Positions 1-12,600 of a DNA stretch of 64,000 nt are shown here, one piece after another. The DNA is from Botryllus schlosseri (lineage: Eukaryota): contig CM119372.1 of the NCBI GenBank assembly GCA_051294905.1, positions 9,178,001-9,242,000 of the forward strand, in the 5' to 3' direction. The position numbers and the translations under genes are program-made. Position 1 is the stretch's first letter; every line of letters starts with the position of its first letter. The notes under the pieces are model-generated. The model had not been told where the DNA came from and did not search any database. It saw only the letters and a list, made by a program, of their open reading frames with translations.

Positions 1-2616
1 TAGAAATAAGACTGCCAAAAAATGCATTGCATTGCGCTGCCGGGCATTGTATCGGGATCAATTCAATGAACGGCAAATGCAAAATTTCAGGCGGGTTTTT
101 GAGATTGTACCTCACTTGCAATTCCTATAATGAACACATCATCGGAAAGGGCTTGCAAAGTACTTCAATAAAAACCCATTTTCGTTTTCAACATCGGCCA
201 GGTTAATTAGAAATAACAGTGCCAAAAATGCATCGCATTGCGCTGCCGGGCATTGTATCGGGATCAATTCAATGAACGGCAAATGCCAAATTTCAGGCGG
301 GTTTTTGAGATTGTACCTCACTTGCAATTCCTATAATGAACACATCATCGGAAAGGGCTTGCAACGTACTTCAATAAAAACCCATTTTCGTTTTCAACAT
401 CGGCCAGGTTAATTAGAAATAAGACTGCCAAAAATGCATCGCATTGCGCTGCCGGGCATTGTATCGGGATCAATTCAATGAACGGCAAATGCCAAATTTC
501 AGGCGGGTTTTTGAGATTGTACCTCACTTGCAATTCCTATAATGAACACATCATCGGAAAGGGCTTGCAAAGTACTTCAATAAAAACCCATTTTCGTTTT
601 CAACATCGGCCAGGTTAATTAGAAATAAGACTGCCAAAAATGCATCGCATTGCGCTGCCGGGCATTGTATCGGGATCAATTCAATGAACGGCAAATGCCA
701 AATTTCAGGCGGTTTTTTGAGATTGTACCTCACTTGCAATTCCTATAATGAACACATCATCGGAAAGGGCTTGCAAAGTACTTCAATAAAAACCCATTTT
801 CATTTTCAACATCGGCCAGGTTAATTAGAAATAACAGTGCCAAAAATCCATTGCATTGCGCTGCCGGGCATTGTATTGAGATCAATTCAATGAACGGCAA
901 ATGCCAAATTTCAGGCGGGTTTTTGAGATTGTACCTCACTTGCAATTCCTATAATGAACACATCATCGGAAAGGGCTTGCAAAGTACTTCAATAAAAACC
1001 CATTTTCGTTTTCAACATCGGCCAGGTTAATTAGAAATAAGACTGCCAAAAATGCATCGCATTGCGCTGCCGAGCATTGTATCGGGATCAATTCAATGAA
1101 CGGCAAATGCCAAATTTCAGGCGGGTTTTTGAGATTGTACCTCACTTGCAATTCCTATAATGAACACATCATCGGAAAGGGCTTGCAAAGTACTTCAATA
1201 AAAACCCATTTTCGTTTTCAACATCGGCCAGGTTAATTAGAAATAAGACTGCCAAAAATGCATCGCATTGCGCTGCCGGGCATTGTATCGGGATCAATTC
1301 AATGAACGGCAAATGCCAAATTTCAGGCGGGTTTTTGAGATTGTACCTCACTTGCAATTCCTATAATGAACACATCATCGGAAAGGGCTTGCAAAGTACT
1401 TCAATAAAAACCCATTTTCGTTTTCAACATCGGCCAGGGTAATTAGAAATAAGACTGCCAAAAATGCATCGCATTGCGCTGCCGGGCATTGTATCGGGAT
1501 CAATTCAATGAACGGCAAATGCCAAATTTCAGGCGGGTTTTTGAGATTGCACCTCACTTGCAATTCCTATAATGAACACATCATCGGAAAGGGCTTGCAA
1601 AGTACTTCAATAAAAACCCATTTTCGTTTTCAACATCGGCCAGGTTAATTAGAAATAAGACTGCCAAAAATGCATCGCATTGCGCTGCCGGGCATTGTAT
1701 CGGGATCAATTCAATGAACGGCAAATGCCAAATTTGAGGCGGGTTTTTGAGATTGTACCTCACTTGCAATTCCTATAATGAACACATCATCGGAAAGGGC
1801 TTGCAAAGTACTTCAATAAAAACCCATTTTCATTTTCAACATCGGCCAGGTTAATTAGAAATAACAGTGCCAAAAATCCATTGCATTGCGCTGCCGGGCA
1901 TTGTATTGAGATCAATTCAATGAACGGCAAATGCCAAATTTCAGGCGGGTTTTTGAGATTGTACCTCACTTGCAATTCCTATAATGAACACATCATCGGA
2001 AAGGGCTTGCAAAGTACTTCAATAAAAACCCATTTTCGTTTTCAACATCGGCCAGGTTAATTAGAAATAAGACTGCCAAAAATGCATCGCATTGCGCTGC
2101 CGGGCATTGTATTGAGATCAATTCAATGAACGGCAAATGCCAAATTTCAGGCGGGTTTTTGAGATTGTACCTCACTTGCAATTCCTATAATGAACACATC
2201 ATCGGAAAGGGCTTGCAAAGTACTTCAATAAAAACCCATTTTCGTTTTCAACATCGGCCAGGTTAATTAGAAATAAGACTGCCAAAAATGCATCGCATTG
2301 CGCTGCCGGGCATTGTATCGGGATCAATTCAATGAACGGCAAATGCCAAATTTCAGGCGGGTTTTTGAGATTGTACCTCACTTGCAATTCCTATAATGAA
2401 CACATCATCGGAAAGGGCTTGCAAAGTACTTCAATAAAAACCCATTTTCGTTTTCAACATCGGCCAGGTTAATTAGAAATAAGACTGCCAAAAAATGCAT
2501 TGCATTGCGCTGCCGGGCATTGTATCGAGATCAATTCAATGAACGGCAAATGCCAAATTTCAGGCGGGTTTTTGAGATTGTACCTCACTTGCAATTCCTA
2601 TAATGAACACATCATC
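1..2616 (-). repeat. 206-bp tandem repeat array, left arm of giant inverted repeat (~12.7 units in window, continues beyond left edge)
   Basis: Near-identical units recur with a 206-bp period (ORF-track copies at 139, 345, 551, ...). The array stops at ...catcatcg (2616). Confidence 0.98.
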
Positions 2617-2969
2617 GATTGACCGAACAATACAATCGCCAGTGCTGATATTGCAACATTGGTTCCTTTTCTATTGATATTATGTAGGCCTAGTTATGCT
2701 GTCACTTTACACTAGTGAGTTGCTAATATTTTAAAATACATGCATTTTGCAAGTATTTTCTGCTTCGTAATGTTGTTGGAAATTTGGCATGCAGTCGACA
2801 TAGGATCGTAGCGTTGAGCACGTCATTGTTTCTTCGATTCTCTGCAGCATTTCCAATAGCTCAGCTAGATAGACCAAACCGTGTTTAGTTGGACTATACG
2901 TGTGTTTATGCTTTGCCAGGGGAGTAGCTTTGAGGATTGAAGCGTATCGACTATACCATACCATACCAT

Positions 2970-5900
2970 ACCGCCTGAAATTTTGCATTTGCCGTTCATT
3001 GAATTGATCTCAATACAATGCCCGGCAGCGCAATGCGATGCATTTTTGGCAGTCTTATTTCTAATTAACCTGGCCGATGTTGAAAACGAAAATGGGTTTT
3101 TATTGAAGTACTTTGCAAGCCCTTTCCGATGATGTGTTCATTATAGGAATTGCAAGTGAGGTACAATCTCAAAAACCCGCCTCAAATTTGGCATTTGCCG
3201 TTCATTGAATTGATCCCGATACAATGCCCGGCAGCGCAATGCGATGCATTTTTGGCACTGTTATTTCTAATTAACCTGGCCGATGTTGAAAACGAAAATG
3301 GGTTTTTATTGAAGTACTTTGCAAGCCCTTTCCGATGATGTGTTCATTATAGGAATTGCAAGTGAGGTACAATCTCAAAAACCCGCCTGAAATTTGGCAT
3401 TTGCCGTTCATTGAATTGATCCCGATACAATGCCCGGCAGCGCAATGCGATGCATTTTTGGCAGTCTTATTTCTAATTAACCTGGCCGATGTTGAAAACG
3501 AAAATGGGTTTTTATTGAAGTACTTTGCAAGCCCTTTCTGATGATGTGTTCATTATAGGAATTGCAAGTGAGGTACAATCTCAAAAACCCGCCTGAAATT
3601 TGGCATTTGCCGTTCATTGAATTGATCCCGATACAATGCCCGGCAGCGCAATGCGATGCATTTTTGGCAGTCTTATTTCTAATTAACCTGGCCGATGTTG
3701 AAAACGAAAATGGGTTTTTATTGAAGTACTTTGCAAGCCCTTTCCGATGATGTGTTCATTATAGGAATTGCAAGTGAGGTACAATCTCAAAAACCCGCCT
3801 GAAATTTGGCATTTGCCGTTCATTGAATTGATCCCGATACAATGCCCGGCAGCGCAATGCGATGCATTTTTGGCAGTCTTATTTCTAATTAACCTGGCCG
3901 ATGTTGAAAACGAAAATGGGTTTTTATTGAAGTACTTTGCAAGCCCTTTCTGATGATGTGTTCATTATAGGAATTGCAAGTGAGGTACAATCTCAAAAAC
4001 CCGCCTGAAATTTGGCATTTGCCGTTCATTGAATTGATCCCGATACAATGCCCGGCAGCGCAATGCGATGCATTTTTGGCACTGTTATTTCTAATTAACC
4101 TGGCCGATGTTGAAAACGAAAATGGGTTTTTATTGAAGTACTTTGCAAGCCCTTTCCGATGATGTGTTCATTATAGGAATTGCAAGTGAGGTACAATCTC
4201 AAAAACCCGCCTGAAATTTGGCATTTGCCGTTCATTGAATTGATCCCGATACAATGCCCGGCAGCGCAATGCGATGCATTTTTGGCACTGTTATTTCTAA
4301 TTAACCTGGCCGATGTTGAAAACGAAAATGGGTTTTTATTGAAGTACTTTGCAAGCCCTTTCCGATGATGTGTTCATTATAGGAATTGCAAGTGAGGTAC
4401 AATCTCAAAAACCCGCCTGAAATTTGGCATTTGCCGTTCATTGAATTGATCCCGATACAATGCCCGGCAGCGCAATGCGATGTATTTTTGGCAGTCTTAT
4501 TTCTAATTAACCTGGCCGATGTTGAAAACGAAAATGGGTTTTTATTGAAGTACTTTGCAAGCCCTTTCCGATGATGTGTTCATTATAGGAATTGCAAGTG
4601 AGGTACAATCTCAAAAACCCGCCTGAAATTTGGCATTTGCCGTTCATTGAATTGATCCCGATACAATGCCCGGCAGCGCAATGCGATGCATTTTTGGCAG
4701 TCTTATTTCTAATTAACCTGGCCGATGTTGAAAACGAAAATGGGTTTTTATTGAAGTACTTTGCAAGCCCTTTCCGATGATGTGTTCATTATAGGAATTG
4801 CAAGTGAGGTACAATCTCAAAAACCCGCCTGAAATTTGGCATTTGCCGTTCATTGAATTGATCCCGATACAATGCCCGGCAGCGCAATGCGATGCATTTT
4901 TGGCAGTCTTATTTCTAATTAACCTGGCCGATGTTGAAAACGAAAATGGGTTTTTATTGAAGTACTTTGCAAGCCCTTTCTGATGATGTGTTCATTATAG
5001 GAATTGCAAGTGAGGTACAATCTCAAAAACCCGCCTGAAATTTGGCATTTGCCGTTCATTGAATTGATCTCAATACAATGCCCGGCAGCGCAATGCAATG
5101 GATTTTTGGCACTGTTATTTCTAATTAACCTGGCCGATGTTGAAAACGAAAATGGGTTTTTATTGAAGTACTTTGCAAGCCCTTTCCGATGATGTGTTCA
5201 TTATAGGAATTGCAAGTGAGGTACAATCTCAAAAACCCGCCTGAAATTTGGCATTTGCCGTTCATTGAATTGATCCCGATACAATGCCCGGCAGCGCAAT
5301 GCGATGCATTTTTGGCAGTCTTATTTCTAATTAACCTGGCCGATGTTGAAAACGAAAATGGGTTTTTATTGAAGTACGTTGCAAGCCCTTTCCGATGATG
5401 TGTTCATTATAGGAATTGCAAGTGAGGTACAATCTCAAAAACCCGCCTGAAGTTTGGCATTTGCCGTTCATTGAATTGATCCCGATACAATGCCCGGCAG
5501 CGCAATGCGATGCATTTTTGGCACTGTTATTTCTAATTAACCTGGCCGATGTTGAAAACGAAAATGGGTTTTTATTGAAGTACTTTGCAAGTCCTTTCCG
5601 ATGATATGTTCATTATAGGAATTGCAAGTGAGGTACAATCTCAAAAACCCGCCTGAAATTTTGCATTTGCCGTTCATTGAATTGATCCCGATACAATGCC
5701 CGGCAGCGCAATGCAATGCATTTTTTGGCAGTCTTATTTCTAATTAACCTGGCCGATGTTGAAAACGAAAATGGGTTTTTATTGAAGGACTTTGCAAGCC
5801 CTTTCCAATGATGTGTTCATTATAGGAATTGCAAGTCAGGCACAATCTCAAAAACCTGCCCGGAATTCGGCATTTGCCGTTCGTTGAAACTGATGCCGAC

Positions 5901-6090
5901 GCAATGGTCGACAGCGTAATGAAATGCTTTATTGGTACTCGTAATCGTACTTAACCAGGACGAAGTTGAAAATGAAAATGGATTTTTATTAAAGCACTTT
6001 GCAAGCTCTTTCCGATGATGTGTCCATTGGCGGAATTGTATGTCAGGTACACTCTCAAATCCAGTCTGAAAATAGACATTTGCTGTACAT
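2970..6090 (+). repeat. 206-bp tandem repeat array, right arm (reverse complement of left arm; ~14 units plus a diverged terminal unit at ~5830-6090)
   Basis: Same unit in opposite orientation (copies at 3150, 3356, ... 5416). The last unit is visibly diverged. Confidence 0.97.
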
Positions 6091-6673
6091 CGGCAGTTCG
6101 GTACTCAAACAAGAGCGAAATATAGCGTAAAAGTTGCTAATCGTATTCAAAATTAAGCAGGACGAAAGACAATCCCTAAATACAGCATGCCCGAATGTGT
6201 ATTTAGTGAAAATCGGAATCTTTCGACACAGGATAGATCCGTTTCAATGGAGCAATCGGTGAATCGTCAAGTTGAGGGTTAATATTTCGTCATGTCAAAA
6301 ATCGTGTTTCACATGATCACAAAGATTTCGCCGAAATTTCGCCAGGACGACTTGAGTATCTCGGAATAGCGGACCCGGACTATGGACTTGCGAATCACAA
6401 ACATATTTTTATAATCGATAAGAAATTTGTACAAGATTTTCAGAAGCATGAAAAATTCGAAAAAAATCATTATCGTAAATGATTGGAAATATATGATGCC
6501 GGATAATTTGCTTTTATTTGTCACTGCATTCTGTGAAGCTACCGACCACATCTATATGCCACCACCAACTTTAAATGCCGCGTTGACACGTCAATCAATT
6601 TCAGCCCATCATATGGTGTTGATCGTGAATTCTGCTGCAATCTGCATATAGGTAAAAATAAACAAACACAGGG

Positions 6674-9600
6674 ATGTTTCCCTTTCGTAAGAATACCGAG
6701 TTATTAGAAACTGTGGAGAAGCAAAATGAACAACTTCGAAGATATGAAAGCAGATTGAGAGGTAAGCCTGCACACTGCTATACTGTCGTTACTTTTGTAT
6801 ATTTTACACCACCTTATTTGTTTTTAAAATAGTTTAGTCATACTTTTCGAGGTGAAAAACATGACTCCAGTGAACAATATATCTATTTAGCAAACCTTAA
6901 CCTGAGACCTGAAATTCTTCAGCTCAGCTGGCAACCATACAATTTTTGATTTCAAATTTCGATACGTAGCCAAGCCTATACCAGTGCTACCACTGGCCCT
7001 GCATGGAATCAATATGTTTTATTATTTTTTATTAAATAACTTTACCTTGGAGAATTATCGCTGCTCACCTGTTATATTAGGCAATACGTACCGAGATTCC
7101 AGTAGGGCCACTACCTAACTGATACATATGTTTCCAAGACTCAAACTAAAACACTGTTTTTACACAATGATTACTTTGGATTGTTGATCATATTTGAAGC
7201 ATAAGTCATGCCCATGCTTCCACTCTTCCATAAGAACTTAATGAAGATGAGCTGCTGGATGGATAGAATTTTTTAGGCTGGAGCTGGATGTGATATGATC
7301 ATTGAAATCTGTTTCTTATTCTTTGTACCAAATGCGTTGAGATTATGCCCAAACATGCTGTCGGAGGTGTTATATGTTATTATTCCATTTGCCTCTACCT
7401 ATCTTTGTGGAAATGGATTTTTGGCTCTCGGTCATATCAAAGACACGAATACATATTTCACGATATGGATGGAGCATATTTTCATATATAGTATGATGTT
7501 ATTTTCCGGAAAAGTCTAATTGTTGCTGTTTACCACTAGCCTACTGTTAATTAGACAGATGACGCTTTTTAGCCAAATTTGAAGTAAAATTATTTTGGGG
7601 TCCCCAAGGGCCTGTGGCAGTCCAAAAGGGGTCTGCGAAGACAAAAAGATAGGTAACCTCTGTAGTAATATGGTATGACCTTTGAGTATCGCACCCTATG
7701 TATGATCAGTGATCACTAGGGCGATTCTTTTTTGACCTAAAAAAATGAATATTTTGAGTTGACCCAAAAAATTGAAATTTTGATATTTTTTGACCTTAAA
7801 AAACTTAGGTCAAAATTTGGTCAAAAGTAACGCTACAATTTTGTCAAAATTTTGACTTTTTTTTACATGTCAAATACAATGGCCCTAGTGATCACCTGTT
7901 CGAATCAGGAAAGGGATAAAACAAAAATCTGTTATGCCGGCAGATTAAGACCTCTGTTTTATTACACGGAATCAACATGCCCACTCTTTCCAGACTTGGT
8001 GGCTGCATATAAAAGTCTACAAAATGAAAAGAAAGCCTTAGAAGCAAGCGTAAAGGCACTGAGCGCGGGGCATGTATCAAGCACACAGGCTCCCGGTAAA
8101 GCTAAAGGTCGACCTGTACCATCAACCGCCAAGGTGTATCTGATTATTAAGATTGGTATGTCTTCAGCGAAATTTACTTCGGATTTGTACTTGCAGACTG
8201 AATCATCTCCCAAGCATTCGACAGATGATACGAACTCCGAGTTCAATAAAAATGAAGGAGATATCAAGTCTGACGGTAATACATCTACTTGGCATGCACT
8301 TATTGTTGAATTTGTGACAGATTTTGAGTTTTTCTAAATGCATCGCTATTAAGCGCAGTGCACATTTGCGTAATTCGTACGCGCGTACTGGACGCGTAAA
8401 GTATTTTGGTAGTTTCTTTCCTTTCTCTGCTCTTCTCTCGTTTGCTCGTCGCGAAAAGAGCCTCTTTTCTCTCGTTTTTTACGCGGGCATTACGCAGACC
8501 TTACGCGTAGAGAGCGATTCGTACGCGCGTATTGTTGACTTGCCAAGCTCCCAAATATGGTCCAGAAAAATGCCCGGCATTTTAACACCTACCTTGGCTA
8601 GGTAACGTGTCTAATCGTTTTGAAAAGCTTATTAAATCGGCTGTGCACCGTTGTTATTTCAGCGTTAACACGCATGTGGTGTAGCCTACACGACGAAATC
8701 CTTGTTGCCCAACCCTCGAAAATATGTACTTCCTGCCTTTAATGCAAGCAATGTTGTCTACCAATACAAGTGCCACTGTGATAAGATTGTTTGAGCGTAT
8801 TAAGCAGCATATCCCTTAACTGATTCGGCCAAAAACATGCGCAAATGATCGCACGGAGCTCGCATGTCAGTGCAAATTGACTGCTATGACGATTACCAAG
8901 CATATGCTTCATCAATTGGTCAGCATCTGAGTGAAAACCTCGCCAGTGCACAGCACTATAATGACAATATCTTTACTGTCATTGCGCGTGGCAGATCTTT
9001 GTTTCATTTAAAAGTTTTGGAGTCTAATATTATTCAGTTGGACAAACCTATTTTATGCAGACGAAAAGATTTCGTTGATAACCTACATTTTTCTCATTAG
9101 AGCGTGTAAATCTTTTCGTCTGCATAAAATAGGTTTACTGTTTATTTACAAATTGCGTTGCTATTATAGTACAGTATGTCCGTCCGTATACTTCAAAGTA
9201 TCTTACTGTTGCCATTGGTACAATGCGAATTTCATGGTCTGTGATTTTGATTGTTGCGTTGCTGACACTCGGCGGCGACAACGTGCGGCACAGCGCTAAA
9301 TTTGTTCTCACTTTTCCTTCAGCGATGACGTAACCTCTCGTTTTGGCCAACTTAGTGAGAGAGTGAAAATCGTACGCGCGTACGATTTACGCTAATGTGC
9401 ACTAGGCTTTAGGGTTGTTAAAAAATCAGGATTTGCAATAATATAGGGTTACCATACTCTGAATTGAAATTTTACTGTTGACCCCATAAACTTGTTCAGT
9501 TGTCAACAAAAACGATGCTAAAGAAATTTGAAGCAATTTGAACCCGTAGAAGCGAAGCTATTTGATTTTTTCCAAAATAATTCTGGGATTACCCACAATT

Positions 9601-12600
9601 CAATGCTATTTTTGCAAATCCAAACTTTCAACTGCAATAACTTCGCTTCTACCAGTTGGAAGTGAGCAAAAATTGTTATACATGGTTCTTCTAGGCAACT
9701 TAACAATTCCATGGGGTCGACGATAAAATTTGAAGAAAAAAAATTTTTTTTTTCATAAATTTTTTAAATTTCAATTGACTCTGCCACGGTTTGTGCTGGT
9801 TGGAATTGATCTAAATTTGGTTTGCAGCGTTTTTTAAGCACTTTTGCATCTAAATAGTGAATCCCCGGAATCTCAAAAAAAGGTATTTTCGCCCCCAGAT
9901 GCACCCATGGGTGTTTGTCATAGGGAGCACCACCTAATCCTTGAAGTGAAAGTATCTTGTGCCGCCATAGCGACAACTACAAATATTCTTTTTCGATTTC
10001 TTGAAAAAGGAGGACATTCAAAGAGGTGAAGGATGAGATATATCAACCGTAGCAATAATAGTATTTACGGTGGGTAGGTCTACAATAAACACCATATTTT
10101 TCAAATCCAACTTTGCTTCTACTGGTTGGAATTGAGCCAAATTTGCTGTTCATCACAACTCCACAATTTCGTATGGTTTCCTGTAGAACTTGAAAAAAAA
10201 ATTTTTTTGCGTTCTTGTAACAATTATTAAAAAAATTTCTGACTCTCGATAGCTTTGCTTCAACACGTTGGAAGCAAGCCAAATTTGGTGGTAAGCGTTT
10301 TTTTGCCAACATAACACATAGCCAGTGAAATTTGTGGATAGAAGTTATTATTAAACAACCCCCTAATGGCGATAATGACAGTTTTGTCCATAGAAACGTT
10401 GATCATTATAAGCATGTTGTTATTTAAGGGGAAAATGAGACACAATCTGATGAGGGACACCATGAGTTGACTGAATCAATCGGGACTGATGAAGAGAAGA
10501 CAGAGAATGCGGGATCAGAAGATAACAGTCTCCGTCATCAAATCATGACCTTGACTCTGTCGTTGTCAACTGTGTCCGAAGAAAAATCAAAAATTGTGGC
10601 TACATACCAAGCTGAGAGAAGAAAAATGAAGGTACTAGTTTGCCACCCAACGCCCGATACGTTCCGGAGTCAACATATTTTTGCTTCCTCGCACAGCAAG
10701 AGATGGATTCCCAAGTCGCGGAGTTTAAAGAGGAGTCGGAAGCCTTGCGAAAAAGAAAGTCCGAACTCGAGGAAGACTTATCGCAGGTGCGTCTTTATTT
10801 GTGATCGAGGTCAAGTTGGTCGAATTCAGCAAATTAGCAGCAGTTCTTCCCGATAATTTCAAGTGATCACTTGAATATGTACTTTACCTAGGAGTGGGTC
10901 TGCTACGTTAATGACCAATTCATGAATTCATATTAATTAGGCGAATAAGTTTTTTTTAAGATCATCGTCTTTTAAGGTAAAAGAGAAACTGCGTAGTGAG
11001 CAGGAAGATCGCGAACAGGAGCATTCGACGCATTCTCTCATGTTGCGCGAAATTCAGAAAATGCTGAATGACGAAAGAATCAAAAATGACCAACTCGGAC
11101 AGGATGTAAGATATGTATTACTGTGCTGCTGCCCTATTTGATTTAGTCACCTTTGACACTTCTATCTAGGCCCCGTCTCGTTTTATATGTACCGAGTGTC
11201 ACTAAGTATATATAATATATATATCATGCTATTTAGTCATTGGGGTGTTGATAATTATTATTAGATTGAGATATTTCCATTGTCTTAGTCCATGGTGCTT
11301 TATATTATGTCAACGCAATCAAGTTACCACACAGTAAAAAATAGTAGCCATTTTGCCTTTCGAAACCAGATCAATATACCTTAATATTTATCATTTCCTT
11401 TCTATATTGCTACTAGCTTCAGGACGCGCGGAAAGCCATTCAAAAAACCGAATCCGAAAATAAGAAACACGAAAACAGCGAGAAGCAAATGCAAAAATTA
11501 ACACAAGAGATTGAAGCTTTGAGGTCAAGGCTGAAAGCCGTCAAAGAAGAGGCAAAGAAGCCGCAGCCAATTGTCGAGAAGCTCCAAAGGGAAATCGCCG
11601 AAATAAAGGTGTTTACAGAATTATTTTTGTCAATTTCGACCAACTCATGAGTCAGTATGCCTATTAATCTTTAATTATACGACACATATTTTAATGTCAT
11701 TGGCATTATGTTAGTGCGTATTTCACAAATTATGTATGTTAACTATATTATTACATAATTACCCCTGACAAGTGTCAGTTGACAATATTAGGGTTCATTT
11801 CAATATGAATAGAATATACAATATAGATACTATTCAATTATATATCTGTGCTCTAGAATCTTATTTCGATTGGTGACTGTCTTGTCACAGCAATGCGATA
11901 ACATGGTATATCGAACCGATAAAATTACTGAACGGATAAATGAATGACATACTACAGGCGGCCAACCGAATTCAACTGGAGAGAGAACACTTGCAATATC
12001 TCAACTCAGACGAGAGGCACAAGAAATCCGAGAAGGAGGCCGAAGAAAGGGTTTCCGCCTTGGAGGAACAAATAACTCAATTGTCCAATCAAATGGGGGG
12101 CTACGAAAGCGTTAAAAATCGTGACCAAAAACAGATCAGGTACGGTTGTGCAATAGTGTTGTGTTTTCGCCTGATTTTCAATGTCTTCTCAAATTTCAAG
12201 AACGTTGAAAGAGCGTATATCCCAACTGGAAGTAGAAAACGGAATACTCGCAAAGCAGGCGGCGTCTGGGGGGCGGTTCGATCAAGAAAACACAGACTTG
12301 GACGATATCGAAAGCCTGAAGCAGCAGATCGTTAAATATAAGGGCCTTCTGAAGTCGGCTGTACAGAAATCGAGCATCGTTTTAGATGTGGACGGTAACG
12401 TTGGCTGCGTGCAGGGTAATGAAAGTATTCAAATAACGTTGGTAACTGTGTAGGCTGGATAGTGGATATGAACGGTGGTATGAACGGAGATGAATACCAG
12501 AGAATGTATGTGGACACTAATCAAGAACTCCAGCAACTGAGAGATGAATTTGATAAGTATAAGGTAATGATAAAATACCTCAATTACAAAGTGTGGATAC

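Larger units (their letters stand above)
1..6382. mobile_element. Putative foldback-type transposon with long modular inverted repeats built from 206-bp subrepeats
   Basis: Inverted arrays flank a unique 2617-2969 spacer, and rare variants occur in mirror order on the two arms. The left terminus and any TSD lie outside the window; the right end is tentative. Confidence 0.6.

Noticed and set aside
139..5604. Array of 61-62 aa ORFs (MQVRYNLKNPP...) as a tandem gene family
   Set aside because: They start at TTG in a eukaryote and the period (206) is not a multiple of 3. Some units are frameshifted, and the diverged outer unit has stops in this frame.
1..6090. CRISPR array or tandem structural RNA genes (5S, snRNA, SL)
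   Set aside because: There are no unique spacers, the context is eukaryotic, and I recognise no 5S, tRNA or snRNA motifs in the unit. An Rfam search would be needed to exclude this fully.
5821..6105. Stop-free minus-strand frame through the diverged 207-bp unit, as an ancestral coding repeat
   Set aside because: By-eye comparison with the consensus shows second-position changes about as frequent as third-position ones, so there is no codon-level constraint. There is also no start codon near the beginning of the frame.
9410..10330. Further repeat element(s) in GCC1 intron 3 with TTGCTTCTACTGGTTGGAA subrepeats
   Set aside because: The region is probably transposon-derived, but I could not define termini or a TSD.
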